In this document: positions 35,201 through 46,800 of the stretch, one piece after another
Layout of the letters: each line of letters starts with the position of its first letter
Position numbering within the stretch: position 1 is the first letter of the stretch
Source of the DNA: Phoronis australis
Taxonomy: Eukaryota; Animalia; Phoronida
Direction of reading: 5' to 3'
Assembly (NCBI GenBank): GCA_002633005.1
Contig: NMRA01000104.1
Location: 556,841-620,840, forward strand
Length of the DNA: 64,000 nt
Program-made: the position numbers and the translations under genes
The notes under the pieces: generated by a model
The model's input: the letters and a program-made list of their open reading frames with translations, nothing else
The model's database searches: none
Told to the model about the DNA's origin: nothing

Positions 35201-38200
35201 ATTTTTTTTTTGTACTCATCGATTGGCAAATAATGGCATTTCAAACATTGCTTGCCTTTGCTTACATGCCTTTTTGGAACTTTTCAAAACATCAGGCCTT
35301 GACCAAAATTGATGTGAACGCAAGCCTCAAAATGAGTTGGTTGAAAAGACCAGAACCAATTTTTGCTGTTTTGGCCTTACCCACTGCCTTGCAACATACT
35401 GCTTGTAAATTAGGTTATAAAATGAATCGGCTGTGCCTTTATGTTTTTCATAAGGATAAGGTCATCAGGGCTGCGCACTGTTTTCCTTTCACATACTTTC
35501 ACGCCCTTACACACAGTCCAGCTAAGACTGAGTGCAAGCAGGCAAGAGGCAATTTGTGCAAAGCTCAGACTACCATCTAACACAGGATTCAAAGTTGGGC
35601 CTCACAAGTGTGAGTTCATTGCCCAAATTGTCATGTTGCACTGACCTCTATGAGTTTTAAATGGTTATTGTCCTTCAGTCTTAAGCCTCTGCTATCCTTT
35701 ATTTTTCAGCCAATGGACCATTCCCTTCTAAAGGGATGTGATGCTATGATCATGTGTTCACTCACACAGACACCTACTACAAACCCTGATTCCATGATTC
35801 GGGATTTCTGCATGCATGCAGGTTTGGTATCTTTCTATTTTCATCATGGTTAAAACAGTTAACCCGTGACTGATTTCTGTAATGAAAAATGAAATCCGTG
35901 TTAATGTTAGTTTGTATTATCATAATAAAAAATTTTAATGTTACAAACCACTCACATGAATTTTCTTATTTAAGTAATTTTAAAGTTGTCATTTATCATC
36001 TAAAATGGTAAACTACCTACTATAATTCATATCTAAGCAAAGTGTGTGACAGTACAGTAACCAACTTTAATTTCAGCCTCGACCCTGCGAGCTGGTGGAA
36101 ATGTTTTAGTTCCGTGTTTGCCCTCCGGTGTTGCCTATGATCTGTTTGAGTGTCTGTCTGTTCATCTGGAGTCATGTGCTCTTAGTCTGGTCCCCATGTA
36201 TTTTCTGTCTCCTGTTGCTGAGAGCAGTCTTGCCTATTCCAACATATATGCAGAGTGGTGAGTTACATTGACTGGTCATCTACTGGTCTGTCAATATTGG
36301 TGCCTCATAGATTTTAGTCAATGTGCTGATGGCTAGCTTGGTTTACGTGCCTTCAGAATCTCCTCACTGCATCACATGTCCTGTTTCAATTGTCCAATGA
36401 GGATGTTGTCCAGTGAAGGGTATTTGAACCAGTAAAAGTTATATGAAGTGGTGTGTATAGTTAATATAACTATTTCCTAGGACATCTGGTTTCACGTAAC
36501 TGAGGTTGTCGAATGTTTTTATTTTAATTTCCCAATCGTAACAAAAAATCTAGGTGTTAAATACTACAAATGGTTATACTGTTGTCTGAATGGGGCTGAG
36601 CTCATTTTTGAGTAAATCTTTTTGTTTTTAATATGAACTTTGCCATTTTTGACCCGCCAATGTAGCATTCTAGTTCTGATTAATGGTGTATAAAAGGGAA
36701 AGAAAAGTAGATTGGATTTGATAATTATTAGTGTTTTGCCAGTTGTACCAGTCCTCATTTATCAGACACCGCGTAGTAATGATTATGATAAAAGAATTAT
36801 GATGTTAGTTACAGTACTTTTTAAACCATGAACATGTCAGTTCTGATCAGACATGCCCATGAACTGAGATGAGAAGGTCTTCAGCATATAACTATAGTCT
36901 AGAAAATTTGGCTTTCTAGCTTTGCCAATTTGATTAGTGGTAATCTTGTTTATGTGTTGTTCATAATAGTCATCCTTGAGAGAACCGAGTTACCTGAATG
37001 TCTCTGTCATTGATTTTTCTTCTATTCTAGGTTATCCAGTACAAAGCAATCCCGTGTCTATTTGCCGGAGCCTCCGTTTCCTCATGCAGAACTTGTAAAG
37101 AATGGCAGATTAAAGGCATATCCACACATCCATGGTAATGAAATTACAATATACTCTTGCAAAAACAGCAGAGAAAGTGTGATTAAGTTAACAAGGTGAT
37201 TAGACAATTGAGACTGTCTTGCACAGTAATTATTATGTATTTACCTTCTCTGTGATTGTAAACTGTATGTATTGGTCTTACGCGTTATGTAGCAAGGGTG
37301 GTGAGATCAATGAAATTGGTAGCGACTGGAATGGAGACAAAACTGGTGTCACCTCAGGAAATGCTCACGTACCACTAAAGAGAACTATCTCTTAGATCTG
37401 TAAGGCATCAATTAGTATGAATTCAGATTTCCCAACTAGGAATTCAAAATTTACAAACACAATTAAAGATGCATTTTCTTCATTGTCTGTTACATGCCAA
37501 AAAAAATTATTTTATTTCCTTGACTGTATTAGTAAGGTGTTAGTAGACGGTTTGTGGTATCTGTGAACTTGTTGCCTTCCTGATGAAGCTCAGTTGTACC
37601 CATTTGTGGTATACACTCATAATTTCCATGCATGCCCATGCCTCCTGTAAGAATATGAATAGAAAAGAACATCGTGGTTGATGAGGAGAGAGGTGATAGA
37701 GTATTTGCGGTAGGAAGACCAGAAATTTCTAAATGATACACTACACACCTGTTATTTCACATTCTGTGTAGGTGAGTTCAGTGCCGAGTTCAAGACTCCA
37801 TGTGTCGTGTTTACGGGCCATCCATCTCTACGCTTTGGAAATGTGGTTCATTTTATTGAGCTCTGGGGCAAGTCAGCGTCCAATACAGTGATATTCCCTG
37901 ATCCAGACTTCCCATACCTTGAAGCACTGGCTCCTTACCAACCCTTGGCTATGAAGGTTAGTGCTGGAACTGAGTGGTGCTCAATGTACATCTAGGCTCA
38001 CTTCAAGTGATTGGCTTAAACTGTGGTATCTGGCATTCACTTATTGGTTTACATGTTGCTGTGAAATGCTGCTGTTGTCATGCCAATAATCAAGCTGAAA
38101 TTAGACTAAAGTTTGGTGTCGGGAAATAGTCTCTGTCGTGAGCGTCAAATATTATAGCATTACTTTCCCAATTAAGTTTATTGAACTGCAACAGGAAAAT

Positions 38201-40246
38201 AGTAATGCTTCTCGCCAATAGCTTTCATTAGAGTGTATGAGTAGTTGATAAAGTTGATTTATAATGAATGATCATTAGGTAATGCTGGGTATAACTTTTT
38301 TACTGAAATTGACTGTGATTGCGTAATGCAGTGATTACGTAATGCAGTAAGTACTATGTATAGGAATGTGCTGCATTTACCTCAAGCAAACCCATGAAGC
38401 TAATAGTATATTTTTGTGACGTACAAAACCATAATATTTATTTGTGCAAGATACCTCTCCCTGCTGTATGCTGTTGTTCCACTTTTCAAAGTTGGGTCCT
38501 TAATAAGTGAATCTTCATGATCCAAGCCATGGACACTTTTTGGTTTAACATTTTTCTCTATTCCGTAAAATTTATGTCTAGCTTGATGAGAATGGGAATT
38601 CTATGGTAAAAAATGTTTGCCTAGCACTGAAGCTGTTAAGTAATTGTTTAAAAAGCTAATTAAACTATCTCTCTTTGCTCGTTTTTTGTCAGTGTTACCT
38701 CTTTGCTATCACCATGTTGCAGGTCACACACTGCCCCATAGACACAAGTCTCAGTTTTGCTCAAGCCAATAAACTCATTAGAGACTTGAAGCCCTGCCAT
38801 CTTGTGGTCAGTGAACAATACATCAGTCCACCCGTCCTTCATCCCAGCCGCTCTGATCTTGTCATTGACTGTGTAAGTAGAACACCGCCACCTTGAATTT
38901 TTCAAAAAGGTTTCACTGCCGTGACCAGCAGCCATTTTGAGGCAAATCACCTGATGAGAATTTTGTGACTTATTGAGAATTGTTTAAAAGAATTGCTTTA
39001 ATGTAAGCTCACTACTATTAAGTTGCGTTTTTCAATCCATTATAATATATTACCTTTTTGTAAGTGTAAAAGACAGAACGAAGCTAATGTTGATGTTCAG
39101 TTGTGTCAAGACCTTATTTAAAGTTGAGAAAGTCAAATTTGTTTGTGAATTCATGATTTTGCTAAGATTATATATTCTGATCCAGGCTTCCAGGTGTTTC
39201 AAATGATTTATTAATTTTAACAATGGGTGTTCAGAATGCAAGCTGGGTCATAGGAAGTGAGGGAAATTCCCCGGGCACACGCCCTTCCCTTTAATAATTT
39301 GCAGGAGGTGGAAAACTTTTGGTGGCAACTGGGAAAAATGCAAAATAGTTGATGTGGGGTGAATATAGTCACAACCTTTAGGAAGCAGACTTTGTCAGAG
39401 TCAAATTGCCTCATGTGCATAGTTTGACTCTTTAACTGTAGGGAGCAATTCATATCTTGACCTCTAATGGCCAGCATAGGAATGGTGAGTATGTATGACC
39501 AGATGCCTGGTGAAATGCAGTCAGGTAACATAGAACAGGTAAGCATGTGAACAGCCGCCTGGTCAAAAACGTGTAGGCAAGCATCACTAAACTTTCTGTA
39601 ATTTTGTAATAAAAGAAATTGATGTACAATATAGTAACCCCATTGAGATTATCTGTGACTTCACCCATCTTGGCTTGTTGCTTGTCAGCCTACAGATGGG
39701 GCAGCATACTCTCTGATTTTTGTTTCAGGAAGGGAAGCCCTGTGTTTATAATAGAAACCAAATCATCAGTCTTCCAGTCAAACGCAAATTTGAGCAGATT
39801 GAAATCGAGCCAGCGGTAAGTAGTATTTTGTTAACCAGTTTTACTTTGCACCATTTGTGTGTCATAAAACTTTCATCACGCTCACTGTTATGTTAATTTA
39901 TTCACATAAATTTATGAAAGAAAACTATCAGCTTTAACAAAGTTGTCATGTCTATCAATTGTTACAGGAAAGGTTTGGCTGCCACTGTGTTTGTGGATAA
40001 GGATCTGGCAAGCTTGAATTATAGTACTGTTTAGCCGTTACTGTGTTGTTTTAGTCAAAATTTTAAGTTGAATCAATTATTTTGGTGCATTGTGGATTAC
40101 TGTCAGAAATCTCTTTTGTTTATTGTCAACTCCAGACATTTTTTTTCCAAATCCACATGAGTCTAGTTCATTGTTAAACACTCCTGCACTCTTGTCTGGC
40201 ATCACACCAATTATCTATATTGTATTTTTATCCTCTTTAAATAAAG

Positions 40247-40284
<38 letters not shown>

Positions 40285-42958
40285 CTACCATGATGCTTCA
40301 AAGAGTTGTTTCAGCCACTATGAAGTCATCGCTATTTCAGTTATTGCTCTGAAAAGAACTTAGATCAGTGTTTGTGATATCTACTGTAGTTGTTTATGCA
40401 CACTGTTGCAATTGATAAAGTACAGGGTACTATGAAACTGGTCGAGTTTCTCATTTTTCATCAAAAACACCCAAGTTGTTTCCTGATTACATTTTGAACC
40501 TGATCAAGTTTTCTCAAAATGTACGTGTTCTGCAATGCTCATTGTTACTGTCAAACATCTTTTCCACCCGGCAGAGATACTCAATGAAAAATACAGACTG
40601 TGGCATTTTCCATAATTATGCACTTGTTCTTTTGATCTGGATATTGATTTCTTTGAATGTTGGGTTTGTAGACTTGCTTTGTGTTGGTTAACCTTTCTGT
40701 TTGAGAATAAACCATTTAACTCTTCCATTCGCAGCTAGCCACATCACTAGTGCCAACAGAGGTTAAGCCCGGTGTGATGGTTTCCATGGTAACAGGCGAG
40801 CTGTCAGTTCGAGATAATCAGCACATTCTCAAGGTGGGTAACTTTTCTGATAATGCTGGTCAGTTGTATGGTGTCTTTAATTTTTAATTAGCTAAGGTTG
40901 CACTGATGCCAATTGTACTTCATGGCTAGAAAACCTGGCACTCAAAACAATTTGCTGATCAATATAATGCTGTAATGTGATCACAATACCTTGCTGATCA
41001 GTGTAATCTTGTAATGTGGTTACATTACTGCGGATCGGTGTAAAATTGTAATGTGGTCACAACACTTTGCCGATAATATTAATGTTGTAATGCGGTTGCA
41101 GCACTTCACTGATAACTGTAATGTGACTGTTGTTTTATGCCTCATTTTGTTGATACAAAAGAGGTTACTGAATATTCCATAATTTTCAAGTTAATAGCAA
41201 AATGTAAAATCACAGTTTTGCTGCTGACGTAATTAATGTTTACCCTTAACCTTTATTGCTAGCCTCTTGCAAGAATTTGAATGTGTTGTTAAAAGTGGAC
41301 TTGCTTTTCTTCACAGCCTTTGTCAAAGAGTGTGTCAGGAAGTCGAAAGCGCAAAGTTGGTCGTCACTACTTGTGGGGAAGTGTAGATGTCCACGAGTTT
41401 GCCAAAGTTCTTGAGCAGGTGAAGCATTGCGTTTCAAAAATGTTGTGTAGTTTTAAGTCTCAACTTTGTTCTGTAATTGTTTCCAATAATATATCCATTC
41501 AGCGTTATGAAGAACGATCATGTAACTGATGTTGAATTGGATTCTACATATATCGAGATATTCTGTTAGAGAGTGTCAATTTTTCTTTGCTGTAGCTGTG
41601 ATCAGTTTTGTGTGTTGACAGATTAAGCTTTGGCTAGTGAAGGTGAATATGATAGAATGAACAGATGCATGCATGCATGCACAATAGATAGGAGAACATC
41701 TCTTGCAATTTTGTTGACAATAATATGGTTATAGCTATTGTTATCTTGAATCATAATACGCCTAAATGACTGGCTTTAAATTGATAAATTTTTCTATTAG
41801 GAGCAATAGGCTCCTGTAACACAGTGGAATTAGACATTTTGTTTCTCGTTATAGCAAGGAATTCAAGACGTGAAGATAGAAACTGGGGTAACAGGAGCTA
41901 TTGTCCATCTTGTAAGTCGGATTCACTCTATTTTTGACTGTCAACTGTTTTTATTAGATATACTGCATATTTGTAGTAACTGTTGAAGAACAATGAACAC
42001 CCTGGGTATCTGTTGCCCATTCCAAGAAATTGACTTAAGTTCATTTTTACTTCTTAAGCCTAAGATTTGTCTCAACTGCCAAACTTTGAAACTTCCACAT
42101 CTGGTGAGTCACATTTAAGGCAAAACTTAAGTCAAAAACTTAATAAAGATCTCTTTCTTGAAATATACTTGAAATGTAATAAGTTTTATTTTAAAATTGA
42201 CTGAAATTTAAGAATTATCTTAGCTAAGTCAGTTTTCTTGGAACGGGCCCCAGTACTCAACACATAACACCCTGGGTATCTGTAGCTGTGGCAACTTCAT
42301 GACAACTTGGAATTTTTCCCACCTAACCAAACACAATCTGAGGTCGCATTGGCGATTTTAAACTTGCTGGAAGTTGTACACCCGTGTGTAGCATTAATAT
42401 CTGTTACCCAGTACTCAACTCAACACACCCAGGGTATCTGTAGCCCAGTACTAAACTCACACCACCCTGGGTATATGTAGCTCAGTACTCAACATACAAC
42501 ACCCTGGGTATCTGTAGTTCAGTACTCAACACACAACACCCTAGGCATACTGTAAAAGTACAGGTGGTTCGATCTGGCAAGTTTACCCCGTTGATGTACT
42601 GAATGTACATTTATCAGACCATCTGAAGCAGATTGAGTTGTTTCAGGAACAAGATGCACCTGTTGCTTTGCTCCTGACAGAGCGCTATGCCTGTGATAAA
42701 ACATTAACTTTTGTTTTGTAAAAGAGCAAACTTCCACTCTGTGTTCTTTCAGATGAATATCTCAATTTCTGTATAACTTAGTCATCTTTTTATATCAAGT
42801 CTTCTCTGCTAAAGTTGTTAATGTTTAATTTGTTTCAGCCCAGTGAAGATACTCTGATTCAAATAGATGAAGGATCTACACACATAATATGTGAAGGGAA
42901 CGAGACCATCAGAGTGAAACTACGCGATGCTTTGGTCGCATGTCTTGCTCAGTTATAA
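26300..42958 (+). CDS. INTS9: Integrator complex subunit 9 (inactive MBL/beta-CASP), 18 coding exons, ~648 aa
   Basis: Exons: 26300-26308, 29840-29967, 30527-30593, 31877-32079, 32334-32420, 33026-33146, 34567-34656, 35042-35086, 35710-35821, 36077-36257, 37031-37134, 37772-37956, 38723-38872, 39729-39815, 40735-40833, 41317-41418, 41855-41911, 42839-42958. Phases are consistent. Peptides: MRL|[80 protein letters not shown]. Confidence 0.95.
26859..27424. mobile_element. Mutator-like (MULE) foldback element with ~200-bp TIRs and 9-bp TSD, interior collapsed at gap N27219, in INTS9 intron 1
   Basis: taggcaatgaccatcgcctctgttggcccgaacc... mirrors ...ggttcgggccaacagaggcgatggtcattgccta. Perfect TSD gggagatga at 26850-26858 and 27425-27433. 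Confidence 0.85.
34674..34914. repeat. 31-bp minisatellite (~7.7 copies) in INTS9 intron 7
   Basis: Unit approximately aatcattgtttaggtcagtcatttcagcacc, arranged head-to-tail. Confidence 0.9.
40248..40284. repeat. (TAT)n microsatellite
   Basis: Run of about 12 tta/tat units. Confidence 0.95.
40950..41127. repeat. Degenerate ~39-bp tandem repeat (tgtaatgtg..cacaa..tgctgat)
   Basis: tgtaatgtg recurs about every 37-40 bp, ~4-5 copies. Confidence 0.55.
42016..42250. mobile_element. Palindromic MITE; a related partial copy lies at ~45923-45990
   Basis: cccattccaagaaattgactta mirrors taagtcagttttcttggaacggg. 45923-45990 (gttccaagaaaacttagttaagac..aaatttcagacaattttaagataaaactt) matches the reverse complement of the right arm. 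Confidence 0.6.
42251..42555. repeat. 37-bp minisatellite (cagtactcaacacacaacaccctgggtatctgtagc), interrupted
   Basis: Units at ~42251, 42409, 42446, 42483 and 42520, plus a partial unit at ~41996. Confidence 0.8.
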
Positions 42959-43282
42959 ACACAATAGTAAACAATTGTATAAATTGCATGTGATTTTGTT
43001 TAATATCTTTTTAAAGTAAGTATTTACTTTGTATTCTTGATTGTATGATTTGCAAAACCAAAATATAAATAATAGTCCGTCTATCAAGAGTCTTTGTTGC
43101 TCGTTTATCCATTTTGTCGTCCATATTTAATGCAGCTGGCACCACTTGTATAGAGCAATATTCATTCAATGTTAACAAATGCACAGCATGCACAACATTC
43201 TGGCGATAATTTGCGAGCAGCCTATACTGTGCTTGCAACTCATAATTGTGACACAATAATCAGATTTAACGAGTCACCGATG

Positions 43283-43345
43283 AGGCAGTGTCACCTAGTG
43301 GGATAAGTGTAAGCTTCCTGTACTCAAGGTCGTGGGGTTCCACTG
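43283..43345 (+). mobile_element. Possible decayed tRNA-derived SINE head
   Basis: ggcagtgtcacctagtgggataag (A-box-like) followed by aaggtcgtggggttccact (B-box-like). No full cloverleaf. Confidence 0.25.
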
Positions 43346-43867
43346 GGACTCAATGCTAGGCCGTTGAATCAGGTCTCTAGCTCCTCAGCTTGGTTCCAAC
43401 TGTATGTTAATAAAGCATAAACATGGATCCAGGTGATCATTGCAATGGGCCCACCTACACCAGACTGCCTTCTATAACTCTGTGCTGCCCTCTGAAGGGG
43501 TGATCTGAGTTTTGTCATCAGTTTATAGTTGCAGCAGTTTACTTTTTTCAAATGCTATACAATGTCAAATGACCGCCCAAGTTTGCCAAAAAATTGTGTA
43601 TTTACAGTTCAGATTGATTTATTTAGATTTTGAAAGCATATAAATCACACAGACACTGTGTATAAAAATAAAAAGACCAAACAAGTACACTGATCAAAAC
43701 ATCTGCTGCTGTTTATGTACAAGTGTTGCAACTCTGCACTTACTGTTCCGTAGCACGTAACTGGCTTTCTAACAAAGCTCGCTCAAGAGGTTTCGATTTT
43801 CCCTGGAAGCCTTTTGTAATGCAGGGCATTTAAAAATAGAAGTATCGATAAAAAATCAAAAACACTG

Positions 43868-46800
43868 TCATTTTGATTTTGCCTCTCTCAAGTATTTTCT
43901 CAAAAGTTCAATTCCTTTTCCTTCTTCTCCATCAAGAGCAGGAGGCACGAACAGCTCTGACGATGTACAGTTGTTCTCCAAATAGTTTTTCATGTCCTTG
44001 ACAGCTTGTGAGTACTCTATCGGGCCAGGTTGTAACTTAGGCACAGGTTCAGGGCGCAACAGCTGGTCAATGTCATCGTATAATGTAGTTGCATCGTCCT
44101 GCGAGTCTGTGTCACTGCCCACACCACTTTCATCATCTGCTTCACTGTTTCCACACTCTTCTTGATCTTGCTCTCGTAAATGCTTTGGTACAACTAATGT
44201 ATAACCAGGGTTGCGTATGACAGATTTCAGTGGTTTGTGTGATAGGGCATCATAGCCAGTAGACTCTAGTGTATCCTCATCTAGACCTGTCTGCTCTGTG
44301 GTGTCAGTACTAGCCGCAGCCACGGGCTCTTCATAGACACAGCTTTCTACCCCTTCTCCCTCTTGAATTGTATCGTAAATGTCCTGACCTTCAGACATCT
44401 GGTTTGCTTGTGACAGCCCTGTGCTTTTTTCAGAGTATTCAATGTCACTCATCCGAATAGAATCATAAATTCCTTGACATTCTGAAATCATGCTTTCAGT
44501 AGGCAAACCTGTGTTTGGGGATCTGATTGGTTTATTTTCAGGAATAGCTGCATAGCTCCCTTCACTCCCATCTGGTGTACACATAACATAACTCTCCACC
44601 TTAGATTGTTTCCCCTCCTTCACAATCTCTGCTTCATTGTAAAATACATCAGAGTCCTCTTCTGACGTCCTTGTAGCTGGCTTGTCTGATATTACGTCTC
44701 TACATTCCGCATAAGTACCATCGAAGTCCTCTTCTGACGTCCCTGTAGCTGGCTTGTCTGATATTACGTCTCTACATTCCGCATAAGTACCATCGAAGTC
44801 CTCTTCTGACATCCCTGTAGCTGGCTTATTTGATATTACGTCTCTACATTCCGCATAAGTACCATCGAAGTCCTCTTCTGATGTCCCTGTGGCCGCAGGC
44901 TTATGTGATATCTCTTCTCTGCACTCCTCATAAGTATCGTCCGGTACGTCCTCACTGGTAGAAAAACTGGAATACACCACAAAATATGTATCTTTCTTAA
45001 ACAAAATATTCTTGACTATTAAATTTAACTTAAATTGTCAATTTGTATGGAACTGGTGAATCACTTGACATATGTTTATTGCTCTCTAATCTCAATTAAA
45101 TGAATACAAGGGATTTTTGTAAAATTTTTTGGATGGCAATATGAGATTGCCACTAGTTGTTTCAGAGAGTTAGAAACTTTATAATTATACATGAAATAAC
45201 ATACAAAACTGGTAAAAGCAACAGTGTTCATCTTGACCCTCTGAAGTAATCTTGGGTGTTTGGAAAATTTTTCCGTGTCCCAAAAATAAGCTAATCTTCG
45301 CTGAAAATTCACCAAAAGTGACCAAAATGGAAGAGAACAAAAATATAAACTTAAACCTCCCATAAACTTGCATTCTATTAAGAGTTATGTAAGTTTTTTG
45401 ATTTAATCAACTTGCCGTAACCTATAAAAAATAGTTTCAACTTGTTCCTTGCTTACAGTGGAAGTAATTTCTGACTTTGAAAGAACCATTCAGTTATTGA
45501 TAGAGGCTAGGGTGGGTGAATAAAGAGTCTCGTATGATCAGGCTTGAGTAGTGCTTGGCCTGCTATAGTTCCCAAGCCCATAAATCTGTTATTACTTGGA
45601 ACAAGGTCATACCAGTTTTATAAAGCAATGTGATCTAACGCAAGACGAGCGTTTATAGAAACTTAAAGGTAATTTTCAACCTTTCTGATATCATCAAATA
45701 ATTTTTAAGAGTCCATTTCTAACACATGAAAGTATAATATTTTCTTAATCTGGTTTGAATGAAAAATAGTTTTGTCTTGAAATATTGCACAATCATTAAT
45801 AATCGTGATTGCTATTTTTGTGAAATTTGTCATTTTAGTACTAAATAGGAATCTCTAAAAAGTAATGAAGCAGTGGGCAAGTGTCTATTCAAACATTTTT
45901 TTTTCAATACACTGGAAACCATGGACCTGTTCCAAGAAAACTTAGTTAAGACAAATCTTAAATTTCAGACAATTTTAAGATAAAACTTAAATATGTCTGA
46001 AATCCATTTCTTGAAAAAGATTTTATGTTTGACAGATATACACACGCACACGCACACGCACACACACATATAATCCATCAAAGTCCATTTCAATACAAGT
46101 CATTCATTGTTGGAGGTCGCTATTTCCATCGTTAACACAAAAATCAAAAATGTGAGAAACAGGTCCTCCGACTAGATCAAATAATAAATGTGCCGAAGTT
46201 CATCTGAATCGACTCATCCATACCAAAGAGCAATTGCTGGTAAAAACTGCTAATGGTCAGTAAAATTTGTCACACTGAAATCAATTTGAGTCATTCCACG
46301 CAACTTTAAGTATGGTAAGTAAATGATGCCTCTAAAGGCTGAAATTTGAGGAGTAGCAACAAAAAACAAAAATAGAATTTGACATGTATATTGCATTTCT
46401 GAAAACATCCTCAATGATTGACAATTACGTGGAGCTGTATATTTAGAGAAATCTGATGGTTCTAAACACATTGAAGCAAACGAGAACTCACAAGGACCTC
46501 TGGGACAGTAAGGAGCTTTTCCTCCTCTGGAACTGCATGGCCTGTTGCAGGAGTTCAATCCATGAGTTGCAGTCCTCCGCCGAAGCAGCAGACTAAAAAT
46601 TGAGTGAAATACGTGGTCACTGATAGTGTGATTATACGGCACGACCAATTAGGCAAGCAGGCATCATCTCATTGTATGTGTAACACTGTGGTAACAGTGA
46701 TCTCCAGTCGATATTAGTACAAATGAGCAAAACATACAAGAATTCCCAATGACTCACACACACATGCACACACGCACATTGAGTTGTTTGCAGCCCAACC

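Noticed and set aside
43283-43360. tRNA gene
   Set aside because: A/B boxes are degenerate and no acceptor stem or cloverleaf can be formed. At most a SINE relic.
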